DNA of 64,000 nt from Calditrichales bacterium (GTDB lineage: Bacteria > Calditrichota > Calditrichia > Calditrichales > J004): contig OZ254086.1 in the NCBI GenBank assembly GCA_965267575.1, positions 3,648,001 through 3,712,000 of the forward strand, written 5' to 3'. Made by a program: the position numbers and the translations under genes. The notes beneath the pieces are model-generated. The model was not told where the DNA came from. It made no database searches and saw nothing but the letters and a program-made list of their open reading frames with translations. Position 1 is the first letter of the stretch; every line of letters starts with the position of its first letter. Shown here piece after piece: positions 10,162 through 19,535 of this stretch.

Positions 10162-11550
10162 ATGGCACAAAACAATGAAATGAAGTTCAAAATACTGGTC
10201 ATAGACGATGAGCCGGATGTCGTCGCCACGGTTTGCGATTCTGTAAACGACGACCGTTATGAATTTACAGGCGAAACGGACAGTGCCAGGGCCATGCAGC
10301 TTATTCAAAGCGAAGCTTTTGACGTGGTAATTACGGACCTTATGATGCCGGATTATAATGGAATGGATATTGTGGCCGGCGTTAAGAATAGCGGATTTGA
10401 TACTTTGGTAGTCGTCCTTACGGGACAGGCAACGCTGGAAACGGCCATTGAGTCGCTACAATTGGGCGTATATGATTATCTGCACAAGCCGATACATGCC
10501 AGAACACTGGCCTGCCTGCTGGATCGTGCCACACAACGGCTTAGCCTGCAAAGGGCAAACAAGGCGCTCACCGAGCGTAATATGAATCTGCTTAAAAATA
10601 TTGTTTTACTGACGGACGTGAGCAAAATCCTTTATCAGGTGACCGGGCTGGATGACGCACTTGATATGATAAGCGATACGCTTACGGAGTATTTTGGCTT
10701 TAAACATATCGCTTTGTTTGTAGAGAACGTTCAGGACGGCAATTTTCGCGTAAGTAAAACCAATATGGCCGACTTCAGGAGTGAAGCGGTCGTATTTACT
10801 TTGAAATCCCGCATTAACGGCGAGCACCTGGAAAAAGACAGCATTTCAGAAATTAACCTTGAGAAAGGGATCAAGGTTGACGGCAAAAGGATTGCGATAG
10901 ATAAAAGTTTTTTCAGGCTGCTGGTGGTACCTTTGGTATACCAGGAACATGTAGTGGCTTTTCTGGGCCTTTTTTTGCAGGAAAAAGAGACAAGGCTTTC
11001 TGATGATTTGCGGATGCTGCTAAATACATTGTGCGCCCAGGCAGCGCCCGTTCTGTATGCCCTGAATACCACGACGCCAAAAAGCAGACCGGCCGAAAAC
11101 CATCTTTATTACTACATCCGTGAACAGATATCAACAGCAAAAACCCTGCTCAGTCCCATATCTTTCGGGCTAATGCGCTTTGAATTATTCTCTGAAAGCG
11201 GCGAAGCATATATAATAAAAGACGTTCTTGATAATGCTACAAAGATCGTGGCCGAATATTTTGACGGACGTGCGGAGCTACTGTGGCAGACCCCGGATAC
11301 CGCGCTGCTGGTAATGCCGGATACAGACGTTTTTAACGCTGAGACGTTGTGCCGTCAGGCTAAGGAAAATCTCGCCGGAAATATCGTAGAGGGACATGAA
11401 GATCATTTTATTAAAGCCGTATATGCCTGCTCCGGTTATCCCGAAGCCGGGGAAACGGCCGGAGAGATCCTGGAGAATTTGTGGCTCAAGCTTTTTGATG
11501 AAGTGCGCCGCCACGGAGATGTATTGCAAAAACCGGAAAAACATTCATGA
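10162..11550 (+). CDS. Response regulator with GAF-like and degenerate GGDEF-like domains
   Basis: Receiver (IDDE, ITDLMMP, HKP); GAF-like LLVVPL..QEHVVAFL; cyclase-like C-terminus lacking GGDEF. Confidence 0.75.
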   Translation: MAQNNEMKFKILVIDDEPDVVATVCDSVNDDRYEFTGETDSARAMQLIQSEAFDVVITDLMMPDYNGMDIVAGVKNSGFDTLVVVLTGQATLETAIESLQLGVYDYLHKPIHARTLACLLDRATQRLSLQRANKALTERNMNLLKNIVLLTDVSKILYQVTGLDDALDMISDTLTEYFGFKHIALFVENVQDGNFRVSKTNMADFRSEAVVFTLKSRINGEHLEKDSISEINLEKGIKVDGKRIAIDKSFFRLLVVPLVYQEHVVAFLGLFLQEKETRLSDDLRMLLNTLCAQAAPVLYALNTTTPKSRPAENHLYYYIREQISTAKTLLSPISFGLMRFELFSESGEAYIIKDVLDNATKIVAEYFDGRAELLWQTPDTALLVMPDTDVFNAETLCRQAKENLAGNIVEGHEDHFIKAVYACSGYPEAGETAGEILENLWLKLFDEVRRHGDVLQKPEKHS

Positions 11551-12110
11551 ATGATGTGAATTCTATACTGGTTGTGGATGATGATTTTAACCTGCTGGAG
11601 ATGCTGCGCGATGGCTTGTCCGAGCATGGATACCAGGTGCGTGTAGCGGCAACGCCGGACCAGGCCATGGAAAATGTGGCCAAAAATCCGGCGCAGTTTG
11701 CGCTGATTGATTATGACCTCAATGTACCGGGTACCAACGGCGTGGATCTGGCTCAAAAAATCCGTTTCCAGGCGCCTAATGTGATCATTATAATTATGAC
11801 GGGATATCAGAATATCAAATATGCCGTTGAAGCCATGCGCACATTTAAGTTCGATTATATGATCAAGCCTTTTCGTATTGACCAGGTGATAAGCGCTTTT
11901 GAGCGCACGCTTCGGGAGTTTGAGCTCATTGAAGAAAACAAAAGCCTTTACCGGGAAATCCTGGAGCTGGAAGAAGAGGTCAAAAACCTGCGCGCGGAAG
12001 TTGAGGGCGAGGATGAACCGCGTTCCTTGCGGCCCGGCTCTAAAATTAAACGCAATTCTTTATCTAAAATTAATGCTGCCGATATTTATAAAAAACAGCA
12101 AAATATGTAA
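11547..12110 (+). CDS. Response regulator (receiver plus coiled coil)
   Basis: VVDDD, ALIDYDL, MTG and YMIKPF; short helical tail with no recognisable DNA-binding domain. Confidence 0.85.
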   Translation: MNDVNSILVVDDDFNLLEMLRDGLSEHGYQVRVAATPDQAMENVAKNPAQFALIDYDLNVPGTNGVDLAQKIRFQAPNVIIIIMTGYQNIKYAVEAMRTFKFDYMIKPFRIDQVISAFERTLREFELIEENKSLYREILELEEEVKNLRAEVEGEDEPRSLRPGSKIKRNSLSKINAADIYKKQQNM

Positions 12111-12147
12111 GCTGACGATCAGGTAATTAACCCGCTGGAATTAAACC

Positions 12148-13533
12148 GTGTCTTCACCCTATAAAATCCTTGTTGTAGATGATGATGATGATCTGCGTTT
12201 GATCATTACCGAAACATTACAGTCCGACATGTACGCCATCACGGCGGTGGCCAACGGCGAAAAGGCGTTGAACGCCCTGGAAACAGACAGCTATGACCTT
12301 GTAATCACAGATCTCATGATGCCGGGGATAAAGGGCACTGAGCTGTTGTCCAAAATAAAGGACAAGTATCCTGAGACGGGTGTTTTGCTGATGTCCGCAT
12401 ATGGTACCGTTGAAACGGCTGTGGAGTCGATGCGCAACGGCGCTTTTGATTTTATCACCAAGCCCTTCTCCATTTCACACATTGAATCGCGCGTGCAGCG
12501 CTATTTTGAATTCCACGATTTACAGAAAGAGAACAAGCAGCTTAAAAAGAAGCTGGCAGCCGGCAAGCCCGAAACCATGCTGATAGGCCAGAGCCAGGCT
12601 GCCGAAGAGCTGATGTACCATATCGATGTGGTAGCGCATAGTGAGGCGACTGTTTTTCTGCGCGGCGAAAGCGGTACCGGTAAAGAGGTCGTGGCACGTG
12701 CCATACATCAACAAAGCCAGCGCGCCGATAAGCCTTTTTTAAAGATCAATTGCGCGGCTGTGCCGGAATCACTTTTTGAAAGCACTTTGTTCGGGCATGA
12801 AAAGGGTGCTTTTAGCGGGGCCTATAAATCGCAAAAGGGCATTTTTGAAGAGTGCGACGGCGGTACGCTGCTGCTGGATGAGATAAGTGAAATACCGTAT
12901 GCCATGCAGGCAAAGTTGCTGCGTGTACTCCAGGAGATGTGCATTATTCGCGTAGGCAATACCATGGAAATTCCGATCGATGTGCGCATAATTGCCACCT
13001 CCAACCGCGATATTGAGGAGCTGATCAAAACGTCCCAATTTCGAGAGGACCTGTTTTTCCGGTTAAATGTATTCCCAATTGAGATAGCTCCGCTGCGTAA
13101 CCGAAAAAGCGATATCCCGCTGCTGGCCAATCATTTTTTGGGCAGGTTTGAGCAGAAATACAAATTCAAGGATAAATTCATCGCTGAAGAAGCCATGGAA
13201 AAGCTGATGGCTTACGACTGGCCGGGGAATGTGCGCCAGCTGGAACATATGATCGAAAGGGCCATTTTATTTTCCGCCCGCGAAAATGAAATCAAGGCGG
13301 AGCATTTACGATTTGAAAACGATCCCGCCGGACGGGACAGCTCCGGTGAAGCTGAAGCCGGGATGGCTGAGGTGATGCCGCTTGAGCAAATGGAAAAGAA
13401 AATGATTTACGCCGCGCTTAAAAAGACTAACAACCATAAAACCCAGGCGGCGGATTTGCTTGGAATAACCGTACGTACCCTGCGTAACAAGCTAAACCAG
13501 TTTGAGCAGGACAATTCTCATAGTGAAGGGTAA
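12148..13533 (+). CDS. Sigma54-dependent enhancer-binding response regulator (NtrC family; probable flagellar activator, FlgR/FleR-like)
   Basis: Receiver, Walker A GESGTGKE, GAFSGA loop, Walker B LLLDEISE, FREDLFFRLNV, WPGNVRQL and a Fis-type HTH (AADLLGITVRTLRNKL). Confidence 0.93.
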   Translation: MSSPYKILVVDDDDDLRLIITETLQSDMYAITAVANGEKALNALETDSYDLVITDLMMPGIKGTELLSKIKDKYPETGVLLMSAYGTVETAVESMRNGAFDFITKPFSISHIESRVQRYFEFHDLQKENKQLKKKLAAGKPETMLIGQSQAAEELMYHIDVVAHSEATVFLRGESGTGKEVVARAIHQQSQRADKPFLKINCAAVPESLFESTLFGHEKGAFSGAYKSQKGIFEECDGGTLLLDEISEIPYAMQAKLLRVLQEMCIIRVGNTMEIPIDVRIIATSNRDIEELIKTSQFREDLFFRLNVFPIEIAPLRNRKSDIPLLANHFLGRFEQKYKFKDKFIAEEAMEKLMAYDWPGNVRQLEHMIERAILFSARENEIKAEHLRFENDPAGRDSSGEAEAGMAEVMPLEQMEKKMIYAALKKTNNHKTQAADLLGITVRTLRNKLNQFEQDNSHSEG

Positions 13534-13537
13534 CACC

Positions 13538-13933
13538 ATGCGTGCACTTATTGTAGAGGATGATTTTCGGGCCAGATATATGCTGCAAAAATTTCTGCAA
13601 CCGTATTTTGACGTACACGTTGCCGTGGACGGCAGGGAAGCCATACAGGCGTTTAAAATCGCCTGGGAAGAAGACAATCCTTACACGCTGATCTGTCTCG
13701 ACATTATGCTGCCCAGGCTTGACGGGCAGGAAGCTTTGAAAGAAATCCGCTCTTTTGAAGAGGCTAAAGGTATTTTCGCGTCTGAAGGTGCGAAGGTGGT
13801 TATGACAACGGCGCTGAAGGACAGCAGAAATGTTCTTGGCGCATTTCGTACGGGCTGCGAAGCCTACCTGGTAAAACCGTTTGAACGCTCCAGGTTTCTT
13901 GAAGTCTTAAAAGATCTTAAACTCATCCACTAA
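13538..13933 (+). CDS. Single-domain response regulator
   Basis: IVEDD, ICLDIMLP and YLVKPF; the ATG at 13538 follows the activator stop codon. Confidence 0.88.
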   Translation: MRALIVEDDFRARYMLQKFLQPYFDVHVAVDGREAIQAFKIAWEEDNPYTLICLDIMLPRLDGQEALKEIRSFEEAKGIFASEGAKVVMTTALKDSRNVLGAFRTGCEAYLVKPFERSRFLEVLKDLKLIH

Positions 13934-13936
13934 TTG

Positions 13937-14365
13937 CTATTCCCGCAGGGCAATACCATCAATAAGTCCCAGCTTTTTCATCGTAGCCAATACGTCTTCT
14001 TTTGCGAATGGCTTGGTTATATAGTTATTTGCGCCCAGTTTAAGCGCTTTGTCAACATTGTTGTGGTTGGATAGTGAAGTAATCATAATGATCTTGACTT
14101 TATCTTCCTGCTTCAGCTTAATCTCCTCTTCAAAAGTGCGGATATTTTGCAGCGTCTCAAGACCATCCATGCGCGGCATATAAATGTCAAGGCATATCAC
14201 ATCAAACGGCATGCCGTCAAAAAACGATTCGCTGTACTTCTCAAAGGCAGCCTCGCCATTATCCGTGGAGACAATATCGCAATAGGGGCTGATTATGCGC
14301 TCCAGCATACGTCTCAACAAAAAGACGTCTTCAACGATAAGAGCCCTTAGTTTTCGATCACCCAT
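13937..14365 (-). CDS. Single-domain response regulator (paralogue of the 13538 gene)
   Basis: IVED, ICLDIYMPRMDG and YITKPF; the only credible minus-strand gene in the window. Confidence 0.88.
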   Translation of the reverse strand: MGDRKLRALIVEDVFLLRRMLERIISPYCDIVSTDNGEAAFEKYSESFFDGMPFDVICLDIYMPRMDGLETLQNIRTFEEEIKLKQEDKVKIIMITSLSNHNNVDKALKLGANNYITKPFAKEDVLATMKKLGLIDGIALRE

Positions 14366-14482
14366 TATTTACTCTTTAAGTTAAAAAGCACTGACTTAGT
14401 AATCGCATTCGCGACCTAATACTTTAATTATTCTGCAATTAGCGCTGAAAGATTCCTTTCAGAACGGAGACGTTCGGTAACA

Positions 14483-14517
14483 GGAAAAATGTTCTCCCGG
14501 AAAAGGAAAGTTTTTCT
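14483..14517. promoter_or_regulatory. Tandem enhancer (UAS) boxes for a sigma54 activator, upstream of flgB
   Basis: GGAAAAATGTTCT (14483) and GGAAAGTTTTTCT (14505); similar pairs occur upstream of fliL and flgF. Confidence 0.65.
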
Positions 14518-14576
14518 TGAGCGCATTTTCCCAGGCCTGGTATCTGCACAACCTAATTTTTTCATAAGCCCATATT

Positions 14577-14589
14577 TATCAATAGTTTA
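14577..14589 (+). promoter_or_regulatory. IHF-like binding site
   Basis: TATCAATAGTTTA is an exact match to WATCAANNNNTTR and lies between the UAS and the sigma54 promoter. Confidence 0.6.
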
Positions 14590-14618
14590 GATTGTTGATG
14601 TCTATGCAAAAAGCTTTT

Positions 14619-14633
14619 TGGCACGCAGATTGA
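14619..14633 (+). promoter_or_regulatory. Sigma54 (-24/-12) promoter of the flgB operon
   Basis: TGGCAC-GCAGA-TTGA, ending 27 nt before the flgB ATG; the -12 element is GA rather than GC. Confidence 0.8.
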
Positions 14634-14660
14634 ATAAAGTGTTTGCGAACGAGGTGAATT

Positions 14661-15029
14661 ATGAAACTATTTGCATCGCCAAAATTAGCGCAATTTAAGA
14701 AAGCTCTGGACGTCTACAGCCGTCAGCATGAAGCAATCGCCAAAAATGTGGCCCATGCTCATGATAACAGCTATAAGCGCGTAAACACGGACTTTTCCGC
14801 GGAGCTGCAGAATCTTTCATCGCAAAAGCTGCGCACAACCGACAGCCGCCATATGGGGCCCGCCGAAAAACCGGCATCACCCGAGTTACCTGGCGAAGAC
14901 CGCAAGGTGGACCTGAACAGCGAAATGGGCGAGCTGGCCGTAAACCAGATCCGTTTTGATTTTGTAAGCAGGGTACTGGCCAAAGCATATCGCGGATTAA
15001 ATGCCAGCATAACCGGTCGTAACCAATAG
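14661..15029 (+). CDS. flgB: Flagellar basal-body rod protein FlgB
   Basis: RQHEAIAKNVAH...YKR and VDLNSEMGELAVNQIRF; first gene of the cluster. Confidence 0.9.
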   Translation: MKLFASPKLAQFKKALDVYSRQHEAIAKNVAHAHDNSYKRVNTDFSAELQNLSSQKLRTTDSRHMGPAEKPASPELPGEDRKVDLNSEMGELAVNQIRFDFVSRVLAKAYRGLNASITGRNQ

Positions 15030-15039
15030 GGGATAAGAA

Positions 15040-15522
15040 ATGAAAACACAAGGAGTGTTAGCAGCAATCAGGACAACATTGGGCGGGCTTTCCACGCAAA
15101 TGCGGCGTCTTGAGCTTATTTCCGACAATATTGCCAATGCTGAAAAGGTGCCCGGTAAAGACGGCGCCGTTTACAAAAGAAAAGTGCTTGTTTCGGAAAA
15201 CGAAAACAAACCGCAATTGCGCTTTAATGACGAGATGAAGATGCGCATGCGGCGCACTGACGACGATCATTTTGAACCCGTTGGCCGCAGCAAAGCGGCT
15301 GCAAAAGAAAAAGCGGAATACCAGATGATCGAGCAGGACGGCGAACAGATGATCTATGAGCCCAACCATCCCATGGCCGATGAAAACGGCTATGTACGCA
15401 AACCAGACGTCAACCTGGTTGAAGAGATGGTTGACCTGATATCGGCGACGCGTGTTTACGAGGCCAATGTCACCGTGATGAACGCCGCCAAAAATATTGC
15501 AAAAAAGTCACTTGAAATCTAA
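15040..15522 (+). CDS. flgC: Flagellar basal-body rod protein FlgC
   Basis: ISDNIANA, YEPNHPMADENGYV and EEMVDLISATRVYEAN. Confidence 0.95.
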   Translation: MKTQGVLAAIRTTLGGLSTQMRRLELISDNIANAEKVPGKDGAVYKRKVLVSENENKPQLRFNDEMKMRMRRTDDDHFEPVGRSKAAAKEKAEYQMIEQDGEQMIYEPNHPMADENGYVRKPDVNLVEEMVDLISATRVYEANVTVMNAAKNIAKKSLEI

Positions 15523-15530
15523 GGCATGCC

Positions 15531-15821
15531 ATGAAGATTAATCAGGGAATCCCCGGTCTGTACGGTCCGCAAGCACAAAAAAATCAATATCCCCGAGTTG
15601 ACCAACGGGACTTGACGGCGGACAAATACGCCGAATTAAATCCGGCTGGCAAAGAGCGCCAGAACGAAGCGCATTTTTCTTTGAAAAAGGTATTGTCTGC
15701 CCGCGAAGTCAATTCCCTGCAGGTATTGTTTGGCTATGAACAGAATCTTCAGCAGCAACTATATGGCGTAAACCGCGTGCGGAACGTGAATGCGGGTATG
15801 CTTCTGGATGTGAGAGGATAG
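15531..15821 (+). CDS. Hypothetical protein between flgC and fliE
   Basis: Fills the gap with 8-9 nt spacers on each side; ends in GMLLDVRG. Confidence 0.65.
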   Translation: MKINQGIPGLYGPQAQKNQYPRVDQRDLTADKYAELNPAGKERQNEAHFSLKKVLSAREVNSLQVLFGYEQNLQQQLYGVNRVRNVNAGMLLDVRG

Positions 15822-15830
15822 GAGAATGAT

Positions 15831-16145
15831 ATGCCTAAAATTGGTGAGTTACAAGCCGTGAACCTACGAGACCTGATACGCAACAACAGCAACGCCGGCG
15901 CGCAGCGTAACGAAAGTATAAATCCAAAAGACTTTGGTGAAACAGTTTCGGACTTTATAGACGCTGTAAACCAGAAAGCCGTCGATTCATCCAAAAAAGT
16001 AACCGACGTGATAGAAGGCCGTAGCGAAAACCTGCACGAGGCAATGGCATCGCTGGAAGAGTCAGGCCTCAGCTTTAAACTAATGCTTGAAATACGCAAT
16101 AAACTCCTGGAATCCTACCAGGAGATCCAACGCATGCAGATATAA
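15831..16145 (+). CDS. fliE: Flagellar hook-basal body protein FliE
   Basis: C-terminus LEIRNKLLESYQEIQRMQI. Confidence 0.95.
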   Translation: MPKIGELQAVNLRDLIRNNSNAGAQRNESINPKDFGETVSDFIDAVNQKAVDSSKKVTDVIEGRSENLHEAMASLEESGLSFKLMLEIRNKLLESYQEIQRMQI

Positions 16146-16164
16146 CGGATAAAACGGAACGACC

Positions 16165-17769
16165 ATGAACCAGATCATTTCGCAATTAACTGACTTTTTT
16201 CTGCAATACAGCCTGAAACAGCGCCTTATTATAGCAGGGGTGCTTGTTGCATTTTTATCTATCGTGATTGCCCTAGTGCTGTGGGCCAACAAAACAGAGT
16301 ATGATTTGCTTTATGCCAACCTGGACCCGGCTGAAGCCAGCGAGATCGTGACAAGCCTGAACAACGACAAGATCAAATACCGTCTTGAAAACGGCGGCAC
16401 GACAATCTACGTGCAGCAGGATATGGCCGACGAAATGCGCATACGTTTCCGCGCGCAGGGTTTTGGCAGCAATACGCCCAAAGGCTGGGACGATATCTTT
16501 AGCTCCGAAAACTCCTCCATGGGTGAAACAACCACCATTACCAATATGAAAATCAAACGGGCGCTTGAAGGCGAGTTAATGAAGACGCTGAATATGATGA
16601 CCTGGATAAAAAGCAGCCGGGTGCATCTTAACATTCCGCAAAGACGCCTCTTTGATGATGAAAGCCGCGGTTCGGCCTCCGTTTACCTGACGCTGAACCA
16701 CGCCATGCCTATTTCCGACTCCCAGCTTAAAGGGATTCCGGCGCTTGTTGCCAACAGCGTGGACGGCGTTAAGCCGGAAGACGTAATCGTTGTGGATTCC
16801 GCAGGCAACCTGCTGTACAGTGGCGAAGAAGGGGTGGGCGTCGGGCAATCGGGCAATCAATGGGAGCTGACGCGCAACATAGAAAAGGAATTGAAAACGA
16901 AAGTGCGCAGCCTGATTGAAACAGCCGTGGGATTTGGCAACGCAAGCGTACAGGTAGCCGCGGAACTCAACTTTGACCAGGTGCAGCAGACTATCGAAGA
17001 TATTGATCCGGATGATGTGACCGTGCTAAGCGAGGAGATTTACAGCGAATCGCAGCAGGACAACGCCGATTCTTCTGCTGTGGCGGTTGAAAACAGCACA
17101 ACCAACTATGAATTCAGCAAAGTGGTACGCAATATCATACAGGGCACCGGCAACGTAAAGCGTCTTTCCGTCTCCGTTGCGGTTAACGGCCGCTATGATA
17201 CAATCGTAGATGAAAACGGCAACGAAACACAGCAGTATGTGCCGCGCAGCCCCGAAGAGATAGAAGCACTAACCACATTGGTGAAAGGAGCCGTCAACTT
17301 CAATGAAGATCGCGGCGACGTGGTTAATGTGATCCATACACGGTTTGCCGACCCGCCCGTTTACGAGGACAACTTCATGGATGAGTTCACCTCTCCGCAG
17401 TTGTGGAAAGATATCATTTATTACATCGTGATCGCTTTGGCGATGTTCATGGCTTTCCGTCTGTTAAAAGGTATCCTTACCGGCACGGAAGTGACCAAGA
17501 AGATCCTTTTGCCGCTGGAGATGGAGCGCAAGCGCGCACAGATCAGCTCCGGCGAATACGATGAGCAGAAAAAGCTGAAAGAAGCAGAAGAAGAGTTTGA
17601 AGCAGAAATGCTGACCGACAGCTACATGAAAAAACTAAGCCCTGAAGCACGGGCTAAAATGCGCGCCAAAGACAAGATGACGCGCGAAGTACTCAAGTTT
17701 ACGGGCGAGAAACCTGACCAGGCGACTAACCTGCTGCGGGCATGGTTGATGGAAGCCAATCAACGATAA
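16165..17769 (+). CDS. fliF: Flagellar MS-ring protein FliF
   Basis: N-terminal TM, RALEGEL, RVHLNIP, RLSVSVAVNG, NEDRGDVVNV and a second TM. Confidence 0.95.
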   Translation: MNQIISQLTDFFLQYSLKQRLIIAGVLVAFLSIVIALVLWANKTEYDLLYANLDPAEASEIVTSLNNDKIKYRLENGGTTIYVQQDMADEMRIRFRAQGFGSNTPKGWDDIFSSENSSMGETTTITNMKIKRALEGELMKTLNMMTWIKSSRVHLNIPQRRLFDDESRGSASVYLTLNHAMPISDSQLKGIPALVANSVDGVKPEDVIVVDSAGNLLYSGEEGVGVGQSGNQWELTRNIEKELKTKVRSLIETAVGFGNASVQVAAELNFDQVQQTIEDIDPDDVTVLSEEIYSESQQDNADSSAVAVENSTTNYEFSKVVRNIIQGTGNVKRLSVSVAVNGRYDTIVDENGNETQQYVPRSPEEIEALTTLVKGAVNFNEDRGDVVNVIHTRFADPPVYEDNFMDEFTSPQLWKDIIYYIVIALAMFMAFRLLKGILTGTEVTKKILLPLEMERKRAQISSGEYDEQKKLKEAEEEFEAEMLTDSYMKKLSPEARAKMRAKDKMTREVLKFTGEKPDQATNLLRAWLMEANQR

Positions 17770-17781
17770 GCGGAATGAGCG

Positions 17782-18813
17782 ATGTCTGAAGAAACCAAGA
17801 TTATAAAATCCAAAACGCAGTTAACCAACCTGCAGAAAGCCGCCCTTATTCTCGTGGCGATGGGGCATGACAATGCCGGCGCCATCATGCGCAATTTTAC
17901 CGAAAAAGAGGGCGAGAAAATCTCTATAGAAATCGCCAAAATGCAGAACGTCTCTGTGGACGCCCTGAGCGATACGATAGATGAGTTTTACCAGATGATG
18001 CTGGCTAACCAGTATATCGTGCAGGGGGGCATTCATTACGCCAAGCAGGCGCTGGAGGCTGCATACGGTCTGAAAAAAGCGGAAGAGATATTGAAGCGCG
18101 TTGAAGCCGCGACCGAGGTGAGCGCTTTTTACCTGCTTCAAACAGTGGATGATAAGCAATTGCTCAACTTTTTGCAGAATGAACATCCGCAGACAGCAGC
18201 GTTGATCCTGGCCAATTTAAAGCCGCAGCAGGCAGCCAACGTAATGTCCGAGTTGCCGGAAGATTACCAGTACGAAATCGCTTACCGCGTTGCCACGATG
18301 GAAAAAACGGCGCCGGAACTGATCGATGACATAGAAGATGTGCTGCGTGATCAGATGGGTTCCATCTTTGCCGGCGGTTTAAGCAAAACCGGCGGTGTTG
18401 GTGCCGTAGCCGAAATCCTCAACTCTATCAGCAGAACATCGGAGAAAAACATTCTTAGCCATCTGCGTGAGCGCGACGCCGACCTGGCCACCGAGATCAA
18501 TGATCTTATGTTCATTTTTGAAGACCTGGTTTCGTTGCCGTCAACATCCATCCAGGCCATCCTTAAGGAAGTTAACACCAATACCGTGGCCCTGGCGCTT
18601 AAAGCTACCAGTCCCGAATTGCGTGAAAAGGTATTCGATAACATGTCCGAACGCGCAGCGGCCATGCTGAAAGAAGAACTGGAATACATGGGTTCCGTGC
18701 GCCTCAAGGATGTAGAGAACGCGCAGAAGGAAATCCTCGATGTGGCCCGCAGACTGGAAGAGTCCGGTGAAATCTCACTGGCCCGCGGTGAAGAAGAAGA
18801 ACTAATTGATTAA
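17782..18813 (+). CDS. fliG: Flagellar motor switch protein FliG
   Basis: QKAALIL, EHPQTAALIL, MFIFEDL and NMSERAA motifs. Confidence 0.97.
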   Translation: MSEETKIIKSKTQLTNLQKAALILVAMGHDNAGAIMRNFTEKEGEKISIEIAKMQNVSVDALSDTIDEFYQMMLANQYIVQGGIHYAKQALEAAYGLKKAEEILKRVEAATEVSAFYLLQTVDDKQLLNFLQNEHPQTAALILANLKPQQAANVMSELPEDYQYEIAYRVATMEKTAPELIDDIEDVLRDQMGSIFAGGLSKTGGVGAVAEILNSISRTSEKNILSHLRERDADLATEINDLMFIFEDLVSLPSTSIQAILKEVNTNTVALALKATSPELREKVFDNMSERAAAMLKEELEYMGSVRLKDVENAQKEILDVARRLEESGEISLARGEEEELID

Positions 18814-18821
18814 GGTAGAAG

Positions 18822-19535
18822 ATGTCTGAAAGCGTCATAAAGCTGAATCGCCGCCCGCGCGGCATAAAGGAGCACAACACGTATAACGCTAATGTTATCA
18901 AGGGTGAGTTTTCTGCAGAAGGACTAAACCCGCGTCCGAAAAAAACGCGTGAAGACGTCATTGAAGAAACCAGGCAAATAAAGCACCTGGAAGACCGCAT
19001 CCGTATTCTGGAGACGGAACTGCAGCATGCCCGCGAGGAGTCTTTTCAGGCGGGTTATGATGAGGGCTGCCAGCGCACCATGAAAGAAGCACAGAATCGC
19101 GTGGAAGCCGTGCAGCACGAAATGAAGCTGCTGGAGCTGCGCTTTCTGGAAGCTCTGGAAAATATGGAGGAACCGCTGCTGGAACTTGCCAAAAAGCTGG
19201 CACGCGAAGTACTCACCATGGAACTGCAGACCCGTGATGATCAGGAGCAAATCCTGCGTAACCGTCTGCACAGCCTGCTTCAAGACGTGGTTGAACAGCA
19301 CAGTTTTATAGTGGAAGTGCATCCGGACCACCTGGACAAGCTGGGCAAGGGCGAGATCCGCCAAATGCTGAACCTTGAGCAGGACAGCGAGGTGCGGGTA
19401 CGTGGTAAAGCCGGGCTGGAGCCGGGCGAATTGCGCGTGACGACAGAAGATTATTACGTGGACGGCACATACGACAATCATATAGACAAGATGGCTGACG
19501 CTGTGGAAAAAGAGAAGGAAGACGACGATGAGTAA
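18822..19535 (+). CDS. fliH: Flagellar export protein FliH
   Basis: AREESFQAGYDEG repeat and VHPDHL; lies between fliG and fliI. Confidence 0.85.
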   Translation: MSESVIKLNRRPRGIKEHNTYNANVIKGEFSAEGLNPRPKKTREDVIEETRQIKHLEDRIRILETELQHAREESFQAGYDEGCQRTMKEAQNRVEAVQHEMKLLELRFLEALENMEEPLLELAKKLAREVLTMELQTRDDQEQILRNRLHSLLQDVVEQHSFIVEVHPDHLDKLGKGEIRQMLNLEQDSEVRVRGKAGLEPGELRVTTEDYYVDGTYDNHIDKMADAVEKEKEDDDE

